DNA of 64,000 bases from Candidatus Moraniibacteriota bacterium (lineage in GTDB: Bacteria > Patescibacteriota > Minisyncoccia > Moranbacterales > UBA2206), in assembly GCA_030679995.1 (NCBI GenBank), contig JAUXSK010000018.1, positions 121,492-185,491 on the forward strand. Direction: 5' to 3'. Position 1 is the stretch's first letter; every line of letters begins with the position of its first letter. The notes under the pieces are model-generated. The model did no database searches and was not told the DNA's origin. It was given only the letters and a program-made list of their open reading frames with translations. Position numbers and translations under genes: made by a program. Positions 9,038 to 18,040 of this stretch are shown here, in pieces.

Positions 9038-10009
9038 ATGGACATATTTTATCCTATCCAAATTTTAGCTGACTGGCTGACCTATGTGGTTTTCGGAATC
9101 ATTCCGGGAACTTTGCTGGCGGGCGCAGTCAACTTTTTCATATTCGACACGATCAAGATTTTCCTTCTTTTGCTTGTGATTATTTTTTCAGTCTCGCTTA
9201 TCCGTTCATTCCTGCCTCCGGAAAAAATCAGAAACATCCTTTCTCACGAGAAAAAATATTTCGGCAATATCCTGGCATCGCTTCTCGGAATCATCACTCC
9301 CTTTTGTACCTGTTCGGCGATTCCCTTGTTTTTGGGTTTTTTGGAAGCCGGGGTGCCGCTCGGAACGACTTTTTCGTTCCTTGTCGCTTCGCCGATGATA
9401 AATGAGGTGGCGCTGGTTTTGCTTCTGGGATTGTTCGGTTGGAAAATCGCTTTGCTGTATATCGCCAGCGGGTTGGCCATAGCCATCATCTCGGGAATTA
9501 TTATCGGGCATTTGAAAGTGGAAAATTTAGTGGAGGAGTTCGCATATAAAAGCAAATCCAATGGGCGGTTGCAGCTGCCAGAAATGGATTGGAAACAAAG
9601 GACGGATTATGCCAAAAATTATACAGCGGACATTATTAAAAAAGTTTGGATATATGTAGTCGTCGGCATCGGCATCGGCGCTTGGATACACGGCTATGTG
9701 CCGGCTGATTTCCTGGCCCGATATGCCGGAAGCGGCAAATGGTACGCCGTGCCGCTGGCGGTTTTGGTCGGCATCCCGCTCTATTCAAACGCAGCCGGAG
9801 TCATTCCGTTGGTCGGCGTCCTGACTGAAAAAGGCGTAAGCATCGGCACGAGTCTGGCCTTTATGATGGCGGTCACCGGACTTTCATTGCCGGAATTCTT
9901 GATCCTTAAAAAGGTGATGAAAACGAAACTTATCCTTATTTTCGCAGGCATCGTCGGAATGGGAATCATATTTACGGGCTATCTTTTTAATTTCATATTG
10001 GGACATTAA
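9038..10009 (+). CDS. arsP: ArsP-like permease (DUF318/PF03773) with a TPFCTCS cysteine motif.
   Basis: Polytopic membrane protein. ITPFCTCSAIP matches the conserved TPFcSCS motif of organoarsenical efflux permeases. Confidence 0.6.
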   Translation: MDIFYPIQILADWLTYVVFGIIPGTLLAGAVNFFIFDTIKIFLLLLVIIFSVSLIRSFLPPEKIRNILSHEKKYFGNILASLLGIITPFCTCSAIPLFLGFLEAGVPLGTTFSFLVASPMINEVALVLLLGLFGWKIALLYIASGLAIAIISGIIIGHLKVENLVEEFAYKSKSNGRLQLPEMDWKQRTDYAKNYTADIIKKVWIYVVVGIGIGAWIHGYVPADFLARYAGSGKWYAVPLAVLVGIPLYSNAAGVIPLVGVLTEKGVSIGTSLAFMMAVTGLSLPEFLILKKVMKTKLILIFAGIVGMGIIFTGYLFNFILGH

Positions 10010-10218
10010 GGAGGAGCTTTCTTCGGTCATAGTCAGACCTTTCGGGGAGCGAAGAATATTCCGATAGTCCGTTAACGAACAGGTGGAAATCTCTTTTGGA
10101 ATTTAGGCGGTGTTAATGCGCCATATAGAAATAGGAACGTTCCAAAATTATCCAAAAATAATTCAAGCCATCAGTGTCACTGCACTGATGGCTTAAGGCA
10201 AGTTGATTCAGTCAGGTG

Positions 10219-10377
10219 TTAATATCGGGTATTATTATGCCGTTTCTCATCTGCCTTGATTTGTCGCCTGACAGCGATTTTTTTTGGGACAGGCTTGTCC
10301 CGGCCTTGCGTTTTCAGGCCGCTTCTTCGACTTTTTGATTTTTTACTTTCAATTTTGTTTGTTCCGTGACCAGGCAT
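10219..10377 (-). CDS. Unannotated 52-aa highly basic small protein. It falls below the ORF-track size cutoff.
   Basis: On the minus strand gcGAGGAGGAGGGtcatt precedes ATG 10377..10375. The ORF encodes MPGHGTNKIESKKSKSRRSGLKTQGRDKPVPKKIAVRRQIKADEKRHNNTRY. A hairpin gccatcagtg/cactgatggc plus a T-run follows on the minus strand at about 10160..10190. Confidence 0.35.
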   Translation of the reverse strand: MPGHGTNKIESKKSKSRRSGLKTQGRDKPVPKKIAVRRQIKADEKRHNNTRY

Positions 10378-10514
10378 AATGACCCTCCTCCTCGCATTTT
10401 TTAGTTATAGCCAGGGTTAACAACATTTATATTATAGGGACTATTTCCAATATTGCAAAATTGGCCAGTCGCGATTTTTGTAATCCAGAAAACGCTGGCT
10501 ATTGCATTTTTCCG

Positions 10515-10530
10515 AACTATGCTATAATCA
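10515..10530 (+). promoter_or_regulatory. Extended -10 promoter element (TGcTATAAT) for the metK leader.
   Basis: ctatgctataatc lies about 85 nt upstream of the riboswitch core. Confidence 0.45.
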
Positions 10531-10612
10531 AAAAACAATTGAATACATAGACTCGCCCATAAATAATCTTTTCGCTAAAAACTTCCACTTGAAAAATTAT
10601 TTAGGGACAAGC

Positions 10613-10775
10613 CTATATTTATCAAGAGCGATGGCAGAGCACTGGCTCAGCGACCCATCCGGCAACCATTTTGGAGTGACTTCCAGGAAAGGGTGCCCCT
10701 TCCAGCTCGATTTTTCGGCGCATCGCGCGCCGGCAATTTCCGAGAAGAGATAAATGGTCGATTTCAGATCTCTTT
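10613..10775 (+). promoter_or_regulatory. SAM-I family (possibly SAM-I/IV-type) riboswitch with a downstream hairpin, in the metK leader.
   Basis: UAUUUAUCAAGAGCGAUGGCAGAGCACUGGCUCAGCGACCCAUCCGGCAACC matches the SAM-I core (AUCAAGAG...GG.GAGGGACUGGCCC...CC.GGCAACC). GGGUGCCCC follows. A 12-bp hairpin CCGAGAAGAGAU/AUCUCUUUUCGG lies upstream of the U-run, and the adjacent gene is metK. Confidence 0.6.
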
Positions 10776-10816
10776 TCGGCAAAGGGATTTTTTAATTTTT
10801 AAAACCATATAAGACT

Positions 10817-11863
10817 ATGCTTTATAAACCAAAAACCTATACAGTAGAGAGCGTTACGGCCGGCCATCCCGACAAAGTTTGTGACCAGATTTCCGATGCC
10901 ATCTTGGACGCTTGTCTCAAAGCGGATCCGATGAGTCGCGTGGCGGTGGAAACTTTCGGCGGCCACGGTACGCTGGTCATCGGCGGGGAAGTGACGACCA
11001 AAGCGGATATTGATTTTGAGAAAATCGCGCGGGAAGTGTATAAAAAAATCGGCTACGACCAAGATTTGGATATTTCGGTGCGGATCGTCAAACAATCGCC
11101 GGACATCGCGCAGGGAGTAGATACGGGCGGCGCGGGAGACCAGGGGATAATGTATGGCTACGCGACGGATGAGACGGAGGAATTTATGCCTGAGTCAGTC
11201 GTGAAAGTACATAAGCTGGCGAAAAAAATGGAAGATTTGAGGAATAATGACGCGGATTTCGCTTGGATGCGGCCGGACGGGAAAACGCAGATCAGCGTCC
11301 ATGATGGAAAAATATCCTCCGTGCTGGTGAGTTGCCAGCATGACAAGTCTATCGACAGCGCCCAAATCCGCCAGCAAATCATCGAAGGCGTCATCATACC
11401 GGTAATCGGGGATATTTCTGGAATTGAAATTCTGGTCAATCCGACCGGCAATTTCGTCCAAGGCGGATTTGAAGCAGACACGGGACTGACCGGCCGGAAA
11501 ATCATGGTGGACACATATTGCGGATTGGTGCCGCACGGAGGAGGAGCTTTTTCGGGCAAGGATTCGACCAAGGTCGATCGCAGCGCCGCGTATATGGCCC
11601 GCTATGTGGCCAAACAGATGGTGGCCCAAGGTCTTGCCAAAGAATGCTTGGTGAGCGTGGCCTATGCTATCGGCAAAGCTGAGCCGTTGATGGTGGAAGC
11701 GCTTAATGAAAAAGGAGAAAGCTTAGCGGAAATCGTCAAAAAGAATTTCGATTTCCGTCCGCAAGCGATCATTGAAACTTTAGGCCTCCGGTTGCCGATC
11801 TTTCAAGAGACAGCTGCATATGGGCATTTCGGGAAAGAGGGTTTGCCGTGGGAGCGGATTTAG
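10817..11863 (+). CDS. metK: S-adenosylmethionine synthetase.
   Basis: GHPDKVCDQISDAILDA, GGGAFSGKDSTKVDRSAAY and a glycine-rich loop are canonical MetK signatures. Confidence 0.95.
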   Translation: MLYKPKTYTVESVTAGHPDKVCDQISDAILDACLKADPMSRVAVETFGGHGTLVIGGEVTTKADIDFEKIAREVYKKIGYDQDLDISVRIVKQSPDIAQGVDTGGAGDQGIMYGYATDETEEFMPESVVKVHKLAKKMEDLRNNDADFAWMRPDGKTQISVHDGKISSVLVSCQHDKSIDSAQIRQQIIEGVIIPVIGDISGIEILVNPTGNFVQGGFEADTGLTGRKIMVDTYCGLVPHGGGAFSGKDSTKVDRSAAYMARYVAKQMVAQGLAKECLVSVAYAIGKAEPLMVEALNEKGESLAEIVKKNFDFRPQAIIETLGLRLPIFQETAAYGHFGKEGLPWERI

Positions 11864-12035
11864 TTCCGCGGAATCGGCATATCAAAACAGGATCCATAGG
11901 GATCCTGTTTTTTTCGGGGATGTATTATAGGGCGCCGATGCGGTCGAGGTTCGGAAATGCCGTTCCGTGCTTGACTGGAGCGGTTTTTGATGGTAAGATA
12001 ATCGGATGCTTTTTAATGGATAAATCAATAAAAAT

Positions 12036-13124
12036 ATGATGCGGATAATTAGAGAAAATAGGCGTAAAGTCTTTATTTCCATTTTTTTACTGGGACTGGC
12101 GATTATTCTGGTCTCTTTCCGGGAAGGCGAAAAGAGCCTGGGTGGTTTCGTCGCGGAAAAACAGGCGGTTACGGTGGGTGTTGAAAAAATCGAAGATTTG
12201 AAAGAATCGCGCGATCGGATCAAATATCCGGCGGTTGTCGCCGGCGATCAGGAAATAAATATTATGGCAGGAGCAGGTGGGACGGCGGCCGCGGTGGATT
12301 TCCGCTTGGGTGATCAAGTGGCGCGCGGAAAAATCCTGGTCCGGATCGATGATCCGGCTGGGTTGGTCGGGATAGGCAAAGAAGGGTTTGCCAGCGGCCA
12401 GATCCAACAGTTGGAAAACGCGTTCAAACAAGCCGATGAGGCTTATGACCAGGCTAAACGGAATTATGATAAGGATGATACGAAAGATAATAAGACTGCC
12501 AAGGATATCGCCAAATTACAAAAACAAAACGCGCAGATCGCGCTTGATGCGGCGATGGACAGCCGCTTGGTCAAGGCGCCGATCGCCGGTTATGTGACTG
12601 CTAAAAATATCGCGGTCGGCGATTCGATTTCGGCCGGACAAATTTTGGCAACCGTTTCCAGACCTGAGAAGATTAAGATCAAATTTTATGTGAGCCAGGA
12701 AGAATTGGCGAATGTGAAGGCGGGGGATATGGTAACCGTCGATAACGGCGACAAGGAGGTCCGAGCTAAGATTGCCAATGTTTCCATCCAAGCTGACGCG
12801 GTGACAAAGAGATTTTTGGTAGAGGCGGTGCCGTCTGAGGTCGGCGCTTTGGCTATCGGGACGGTCGTTGATGTTTTTGTCGATGCCCGACGGGAAGTTT
12901 CGGATGATGATTCGATAATATTGCCGCTTTCCGCCGTGACAGTCGGACAGAATGAAACATATCTGTTCATCGCGGAAGACGGGCAAGCCAAGAAGAATCC
13001 TGCGGAAATCGTGAAAATTTTCGGGGAGAATGCCGAAGTGCGGACTGATCTTGCGGCCGGAAGCCTGGTCATTATCGATGGAAGCCGGCTGGTCCAAGAC
13101 GGGAATAAAATAACCATACAATAA
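12036..13124 (+). CDS. RND efflux periplasmic adaptor (HlyD/MFP family).
   Basis: N-terminal TM helix, biotinyl-lipoyl-like and beta-barrel regions, and an interrupted coiled coil. It is immediately followed by the RND pump gene 2 nt downstream. Confidence 0.75.
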   Translation: MMRIIRENRRKVFISIFLLGLAIILVSFREGEKSLGGFVAEKQAVTVGVEKIEDLKESRDRIKYPAVVAGDQEINIMAGAGGTAAAVDFRLGDQVARGKILVRIDDPAGLVGIGKEGFASGQIQQLENAFKQADEAYDQAKRNYDKDDTKDNKTAKDIAKLQKQNAQIALDAAMDSRLVKAPIAGYVTAKNIAVGDSISAGQILATVSRPEKIKIKFYVSQEELANVKAGDMVTVDNGDKEVRAKIANVSIQADAVTKRFLVEAVPSEVGALAIGTVVDVFVDARREVSDDDSIILPLSAVTVGQNETYLFIAEDGQAKKNPAEIVKIFGENAEVRTDLAAGSLVIIDGSRLVQDGNKITIQ

Positions 13125-13125
13125 T

Positions 13126-16100
13126 ATGTCCGAAGGCAACAAATCTTCCGATTATCAATATCTTGAAAAACTGGAATTCCGTCCGGAACTCCGGAAAGGT
13201 TTTTTGAATTTTTTTATCACCAATTTCCGGGTGGTAGTCCTTTTGATGTTGTTGTTGGCCGGCGTGGGAATCTATGCCTATATCGCCTTGCCGGTCGAAT
13301 CCGATCCGGAGGTGAAAATACCGATCGCGGTAGTAACGACGGTTTTCCCCGGGGCGTCGCCGGCTAACGTCGAAGATTTGGTGACAAAGAAATTGGAAAC
13401 GGAAATCGCAGGCCTCAAAGATATCAATAAGGTCACGTCCAATTCTTCCAATTCGATTTCTTCCATCACGGTGGAATTCGATGCTAATGCCGATTTGGAG
13501 GGCAGTATCCGAAAATTGCGGGATGCCGTCAATGATGCCAAAGAAAAAATGCCCGAAGATGCCAATGATCCGGCCGTCACCGAAATATCAGTTGATGATA
13601 CGCCGATTTTTTCCGTTTCGATCGCCGGACCTTATGATGGTTTCGTTTTGCGGGATTTTGCCGAAGACGTCCAAACTGAATTGGAAAAGATTTCCGGCGT
13701 GCGCGAGGTGATGGTTTCAGGCGGGGATGAACGCGAATTTGAAATCGCTTATGATCCGGAAAAGCTGGTTTTTTACGACCTGTCGCCATTGGAGGCTAAT
13801 CGGATCGTGGCGGAAGCTAATTCGCAGATTCCGGGCGGAAATTTCCAGGGAAGCGAATATAATTATGCCATCCGGATAGACGCGCGTTTTTTTGATGCGG
13901 AAGCTTTGGGGAATATCCCGGTTTTCCACACGGCTGACGGCGCGATAGTCTATCTTAAAGATATGGCGGAAGTGCGGGATCGGGCTATCAAAAAAACCGT
14001 TTTTTCCCGGTTTTCCCGCCAGGGGGAAAAGCCGTCCGATAGTGTGAATATCGATATTATCAAAAAGACCGGCGGCTCGATCATCAAGACGGCCGATGCG
14101 TCGAAAACGAAGCTGGATGAGATGATCAAAGACGCTCCGGCCGGCATAACCTATGACATCACTATCGATACGGCCAAGGAAATCAGGAAAAATTTCGACC
14201 AATTGGTGCATGATTTCACATTGACGATCATTTTGGTTTTCGCGATCCTATTTTTGGTCATCGGGCTCAAGGAAGCGCTGGTGGCGAGTTTGGCGATCCC
14301 GCTGGTTTTTTTCGCGACTTTCGGCGTGATGCTCGAGGTCGGAATCAGCTTGAACTTCCTTTCGATGATCTCGCTTATCTTGGCGCTCGGGCTTTTGGTG
14401 GATGACGCGATCGTCGTGGTGAGTGCTACCAAGCAATATCTCCGGACCGGAAAATTCACGCCGGAAGAGGCGGTTCTCCTGGTGTTGAACGATTTCAAAG
14501 TGGTCCTGTTCACTACGACCCTTACGACCGTTTGGGCTTTCTTGCCTTTGCTTTTCGCCAGCGGCATTATGGGACAATATATCCGTTCTATTCCGATTAC
14601 GGTTTCGGTGACGCTCTTGGCGTCCCTGGCTATCGCCCTGGTTATAAACCATCCGTTGGCGGCGGTGCTTGAGCGCGTGCGCCTGACCCGCAAGGCATTT
14701 TTCGCATATTTGGCCCTTGTGATATCCGCGGGAATTTCCAGCTGGTATGTTCCGGACTTGATTGCCAAGACCGGGCTTTTGTCTGTCAGTGCGATTGCGA
14801 CCTATTGGATGCTGGATTGGTATTTCCGGCAAGGGAAAGCCGTGCTGCAAGCCAATGCCGGATTGATGGAACGCGAATGGCGCGACGATGGATTGATCAA
14901 AGAAAAATTGCGGTCCCAAGGCGATCATAAAGACGGCGCGTTTTTGTCGCGGCTGATCCACGGCATCATCCGTTTCGACCGGCTGATTCCGGTTTATGAA
15001 AAATATCTGAGAAAGATTCTGGTTACGAAAAAAAGAAGGTTGATGACGATAATTTCGGTAATCATTTTGTTTTTGGCGGCGGTCGCTTTGCCGATCGTCG
15101 GGGTGGTCAAGAGTGAATTTTTTCCGGTTACGGACGCGGAGCTGATGTTCGTGAATATCGAGGCGCCGGTGGGATTGCGGTTGGAAGAAACCGGCAAAAT
15201 CGTGTCACAAGTGGAAGAGAGGTTGTCCGTTTATCCGGAAATCGTCAGTCTATCCACGGTCATCGGCAGCGGCGGATCCAGCGGTAATTTCGTAAACAGT
15301 TCGGCGAGTCCTTCGCATCGGGCTCAAATCACGATCAAACTCCAAGAAGAAGAGAATCGCAAACTCAAGTCCTATGAATTCGCTGAAGTTGTCCGGCGGG
15401 ATATCGCCGATATCCAAGGGGCGGCTATCACTGTCCAGACCCTAAGCAACGGTCCGCCGTCCGGATCGGCTTTTGAAGCGCAGATTATGGGCGAGGATTT
15501 GGATGTTTTGGACGGCATCGCCCAAGATTTGAAGCCCGTGCTGGCTTCCGTTCCGGGAGTCGTGGACGCGGAAATCTCATTGAAAAATTCCCCGGCTGAT
15601 TATGTTTTCTTGTTAGACCATAATCGGATGGAACTTCTCGGCGTCGATGCTTCGCAAATCGGATTGACGATGCGGATGGCGATTTCCGGCACGGAAGTGA
15701 CTGAGATAATCAAAGGGGGTGATGAGATAAAAGTCGTAGCCCGTTTTGGGGAAGAAAAAATCCCTGATTTGGAAACTTTGCAAAACTTGCAAATAAAAAA
15801 TAATGCCGGAAAATCGATTTTCTTACGGGATGTCGCGCAAATCAGATTGGAGCCGTCAGTCGATAAGATCACTCGCATCAACCAGCGGCGGGCAGTGTTG
15901 CTTTCAGCGGGCGTGAGCGGTGGGACTCCTGCTACTGCCGTTGTCGCGGAATTTCAAAATAAGGCAAAGGATTATGATTTGCCCCAAGGCTACGAGATAG
16001 TCTATGGCGGGGAGAACGAACAGAGTGCCGAATCGGTGCAATCGATTATCCGCGCGATGGTCATCGCATTGATCTTGATCATCGCGACCTTGGTCATCCA

Positions 16101-16524
16101 GTTCAACTCTTTCAAAAAAACTTTCATCGTGCTGGTGACCATCCCGCTGGCGCTTATCGGTGTTTTTTTCGGCCTGGCGCTGTTCGGGGTCAGCCTCAGT
16201 TTTCCGGGCCTCATCGGAATAGTGGCGCTGTTCGGAATCGTGGTCAAAAACGCGATTATCCTGGTGGACAAGATCAATCTTAATATCCGGACCGGCATCG
16301 TTTTTTTCGAAGCGGTCATCGACGCCGGGAAATCGCGTTTGGAAGCGATTTCCATCACTTCCATCTGCACTATCGCCGGCATCACGCCTGTCACGCTTTC
16401 CAATGAAACTTGGCTGGCGATGGGTTCGACCATAATCTTCGGGCTGTTGCTATCTTCCTTTCTGACGCTTTTCGTCATCCCGACCTTGTATGTGATGCTG
16501 GTCGATAATGATCCTGGGCGCTGA
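13126..16524 (+). CDS. RND superfamily efflux permease (AcrB/HAE1-like, 1132 aa).
   Basis: 12-TM topology with two large periplasmic loops. Typical AcrB N-terminus (FFITNFRVVVLLML) and conserved TM4/TM10 regions. No outer-membrane factor gene is nearby. Confidence 0.9.
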   Translation: MSEGNKSSDYQYLEKLEFRPELRKGFLNFFITNFRVVVLLMLLLAGVGIYAYIALPVESDPEVKIPIAVVTTVFPGASPANVEDLVTKKLETEIAGLKDINKVTSNSSNSISSITVEFDANADLEGSIRKLRDAVNDAKEKMPEDANDPAVTEISVDDTPIFSVSIAGPYDGFVLRDFAEDVQTELEKISGVREVMVSGGDEREFEIAYDPEKLVFYDLSPLEANRIVAEANSQIPGGNFQGSEYNYAIRIDARFFDAEALGNIPVFHTADGAIVYLKDMAEVRDRAIKKTVFSRFSRQGEKPSDSVNIDIIKKTGGSIIKTADASKTKLDEMIKDAPAGITYDITIDTAKEIRKNFDQLVHDFTLTIILVFAILFLVIGLKEALVASLAIPLVFFATFGVMLEVGISLNFLSMISLILALGLLVDDAIVVVSATKQYLRTGKFTPEEAVLLVLNDFKVVLFTTTLTTVWAFLPLLFASGIMGQYIRSIPITVSVTLLASLAIALVINHPLAAVLERVRLTRKAFFAYLALVISAGISSWYVPDLIAKTGLLSVSAIATYWMLDWYFRQGKAVLQANAGLMEREWRDDGLIKEKLRSQGDHKDGAFLSRLIHGIIRFDRLIPVYEKYLRKILVTKKRRLMTIISVIILFLAAVALPIVGVVKSEFFPVTDAELMFVNIEAPVGLRLEETGKIVSQVEERLSVYPEIVSLSTVIGSGGSSGNFVNSSASPSHRAQITIKLQEEENRKLKSYEFAEVVRRDIADIQGAAITVQTLSNGPPSGSAFEAQIMGEDLDVLDGIAQDLKPVLASVPGVVDAEISLKNSPADYVFLLDHNRMELLGVDASQIGLTMRMAISGTEVTEIIKGGDEIKVVARFGEEKIPDLETLQNLQIKNNAGKSIFLRDVAQIRLEPSVDKITRINQRRAVLLSAGVSGGTPATAVVAEFQNKAKDYDLPQGYEIVYGGENEQSAESVQSIIRAMVIALILIIATLVIQFNSFKKTFIVLVTIPLALIGVFFGLALFGVSLSFPGLIGIVALFGIVVKNAIILVDKINLNIRTGIVFFEAVIDAGKSRLEAISITSICTIAGITPVTLSNETWLAMGSTIIFGLLLSSFLTLFVIPTLYVMLVDNDPGR

Positions 16525-16554
16525 TTCGGACTGGAGCAATGATAAATTTTCAGA

Positions 16555-16591
16555 GCGGACGGGCGGACAAAAAGTCCGCCCGTTTTTTTTC
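16555..16591 (+). terminator. Rho-independent terminator of the RND operon.
   Basis: gggcggacaaaaagtccgccc followed by gttttttttt. Confidence 0.8.
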
Positions 16592-16633
16592 GCCGCTTCT
16601 GCTTTGACGCCAGGATCGCGGTATGGTATATTT

Positions 16634-16652
16634 ATTGCAACAATGTTGCAAT
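16634..16652 (+). promoter_or_regulatory. Candidate Zur/Fur-type operator: an 8-3-8 perfect inverted repeat.
   Basis: ATTGCAAC-aat-GTTGCAAT lies between a -10-like tatggtat and the start codon of the Fur-family gene. Confidence 0.45.
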
Positions 16653-16659
16653 AGACAAT

Positions 16660-17082
16660 ATGCTGGACATCGATAATATATTTGAAAAAATTAAACTGGA
16701 CGGCCATCGCCTCACCAAAATACGCAAGGCGATGATCGGGATTTTGTTCGCGGATAAATGTTTGCTCTCCGCTTCTGAGATCCGGACGCGCCTGTCAGTG
16801 TCGGGCCTGTCAGCCGACCGCACCACCGTCTATCGCGAGCTGGGTTTTTTGCTCGAAAAAAACATTATCAAGGAAATCAGGATCGCCGATCGTAAAACAT
16901 ATTATGAAATAGTATCGCCGGAACACCATCACCACCTGGTCTGCACCAAATGTAATAGCGTGCAGGAAATCGTTATGGGAAACCATTTGAAGCGGCAGGA
17001 AGACAGGATTTATAAGAAAGCGAGATTCAAGGTTTTGGCCCATTCTTTGGAGTTCTACGGTTTGTGCCGGAACTGCAGATAA
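16660..17082 (+). CDS. zur: Fur-family metalloregulator, probably Zur, given the adjacent znuACB.
   Basis: HTH region, HHHH cluster, CTKC...CRNC zinc-ribbon motifs. It overlaps znuA by 19 nt. Confidence 0.8.
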   Translation: MLDIDNIFEKIKLDGHRLTKIRKAMIGILFADKCLLSASEIRTRLSVSGLSADRTTVYRELGFLLEKNIIKEIRIADRKTYYEIVSPEHHHHLVCTKCNSVQEIVMGNHLKRQEDRIYKKARFKVLAHSLEFYGLCRNCR

Positions 17083-18020
17083 AAAATATGAAAAAAAATA
17101 TCACCATCATTCTTATTATCCTCTGGCTGGCCGTTGCCGGATCGTTTTTTTTGCCGATTAGGAATGACGGGCGGCCTTCCGAGGACGTCGCGGCAAAAAA
17201 ACTTGAGGTAGTCGCCAGTTTTTATCCGCTCTATTTCATAGCCAGCGAAATCGGAGGCGATCGGGCGGTTGTATCCGATATCGTGCCGGCCGGAGCGGAA
17301 CCGCACGAATATGAACCGACTGCCCGGGATATGGCGGAGATGGAGAATAGCCGGCTCATCATTATGAACGGCGCCGGCTTGGAAGCTTGGGGGGAAAATG
17401 TTGAAAAAAATATCGATGCCGGCAAAACGACGGTCATCCGGGCGGGAGAAAGTCTGGCTACGCGGCAGATGGAGCGGGATGGGCAGGTAGAAACGGATCC
17501 CCATATCTGGCTTGATCCGCTGCTGTTCCGGCAGATGGCCGATAAGGTCGCGCAAGGTTTCCAGCAGGCCGATCCGGAGAACGCGGATTATTATGCTTCT
17601 AACGCGGAGCTTCTCAAATCCCGATTGGACGGATTGGATCAGGAATACCGCCAGGGCTTGGGGGATTGCGCGGGAAAAAATATCATCACCGCCCATAACG
17701 CCTTCAGCTATCTGGCTGCGGCCTATGGTTTCAACCAAGTGGCGATCGCCGGCTTGTCTCCCGATGCCGAACCTTCCTTGCGTGACTTGGCTGGAATTTC
17801 CCGTTTCGCCCGGGACAATAGAGTAGAATATATATTTTTTGAAAGCCTGGCAAGTCCCAAACTTTCCGAGACGATCGCCAATGAAGTCGGCGCCAAGACG
17901 CTGGTGCTCAATCCGATCGAAGGGCTCAGTGATGAGGAATTGTCCCAAGGTAAAAATTACCTGACCGTTATGCGGGAAAATCTGGCCAATCTGCGGATCG
18001 CACTGGAGTGCGCAAGATAA
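17064..18020 (+). CDS. znuA: Zinc ABC transporter substrate-binding protein (ZnuA/TroA family).
   Basis: Signal anchor, EPHEYEPT and DPHIWLDP metal-site motifs. Confidence 0.85.
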   Translation: MPELQIKNMKKNITIILIILWLAVAGSFFLPIRNDGRPSEDVAAKKLEVVASFYPLYFIASEIGGDRAVVSDIVPAGAEPHEYEPTARDMAEMENSRLIIMNGAGLEAWGENVEKNIDAGKTTVIRAGESLATRQMERDGQVETDPHIWLDPLLFRQMADKVAQGFQQADPENADYYASNAELLKSRLDGLDQEYRQGLGDCAGKNIITAHNAFSYLAAAYGFNQVAIAGLSPDAEPSLRDLAGISRFARDNRVEYIFFESLASPKLSETIANEVGAKTLVLNPIEGLSDEELSQGKNYLTVMRENLANLRIALECAR

Positions 18021-18040
18021 ATTTTCTTAAAAGATAAAAA

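Noticed and set aside
10502-10782. ORFs 10502..10753 (+) and 10597..10782 (-) overlapping the metK leader.
   Set aside because: They lie entirely within the SAM riboswitch and expression platform. They have no SD and their lengths are explained by the stop-poor structured RNA.
13278-16478. Numerous antisense ORFs (up to 237 aa) inside the RND pump gene, and similar ones inside the 1916..5161 gene, metK, the znu genes and the ABC-F gene.
   Set aside because: They are shadow ORFs on the opposite strand of clearly homologous genes, with no SDs. They are typical of moderately GC-rich long CDSs.
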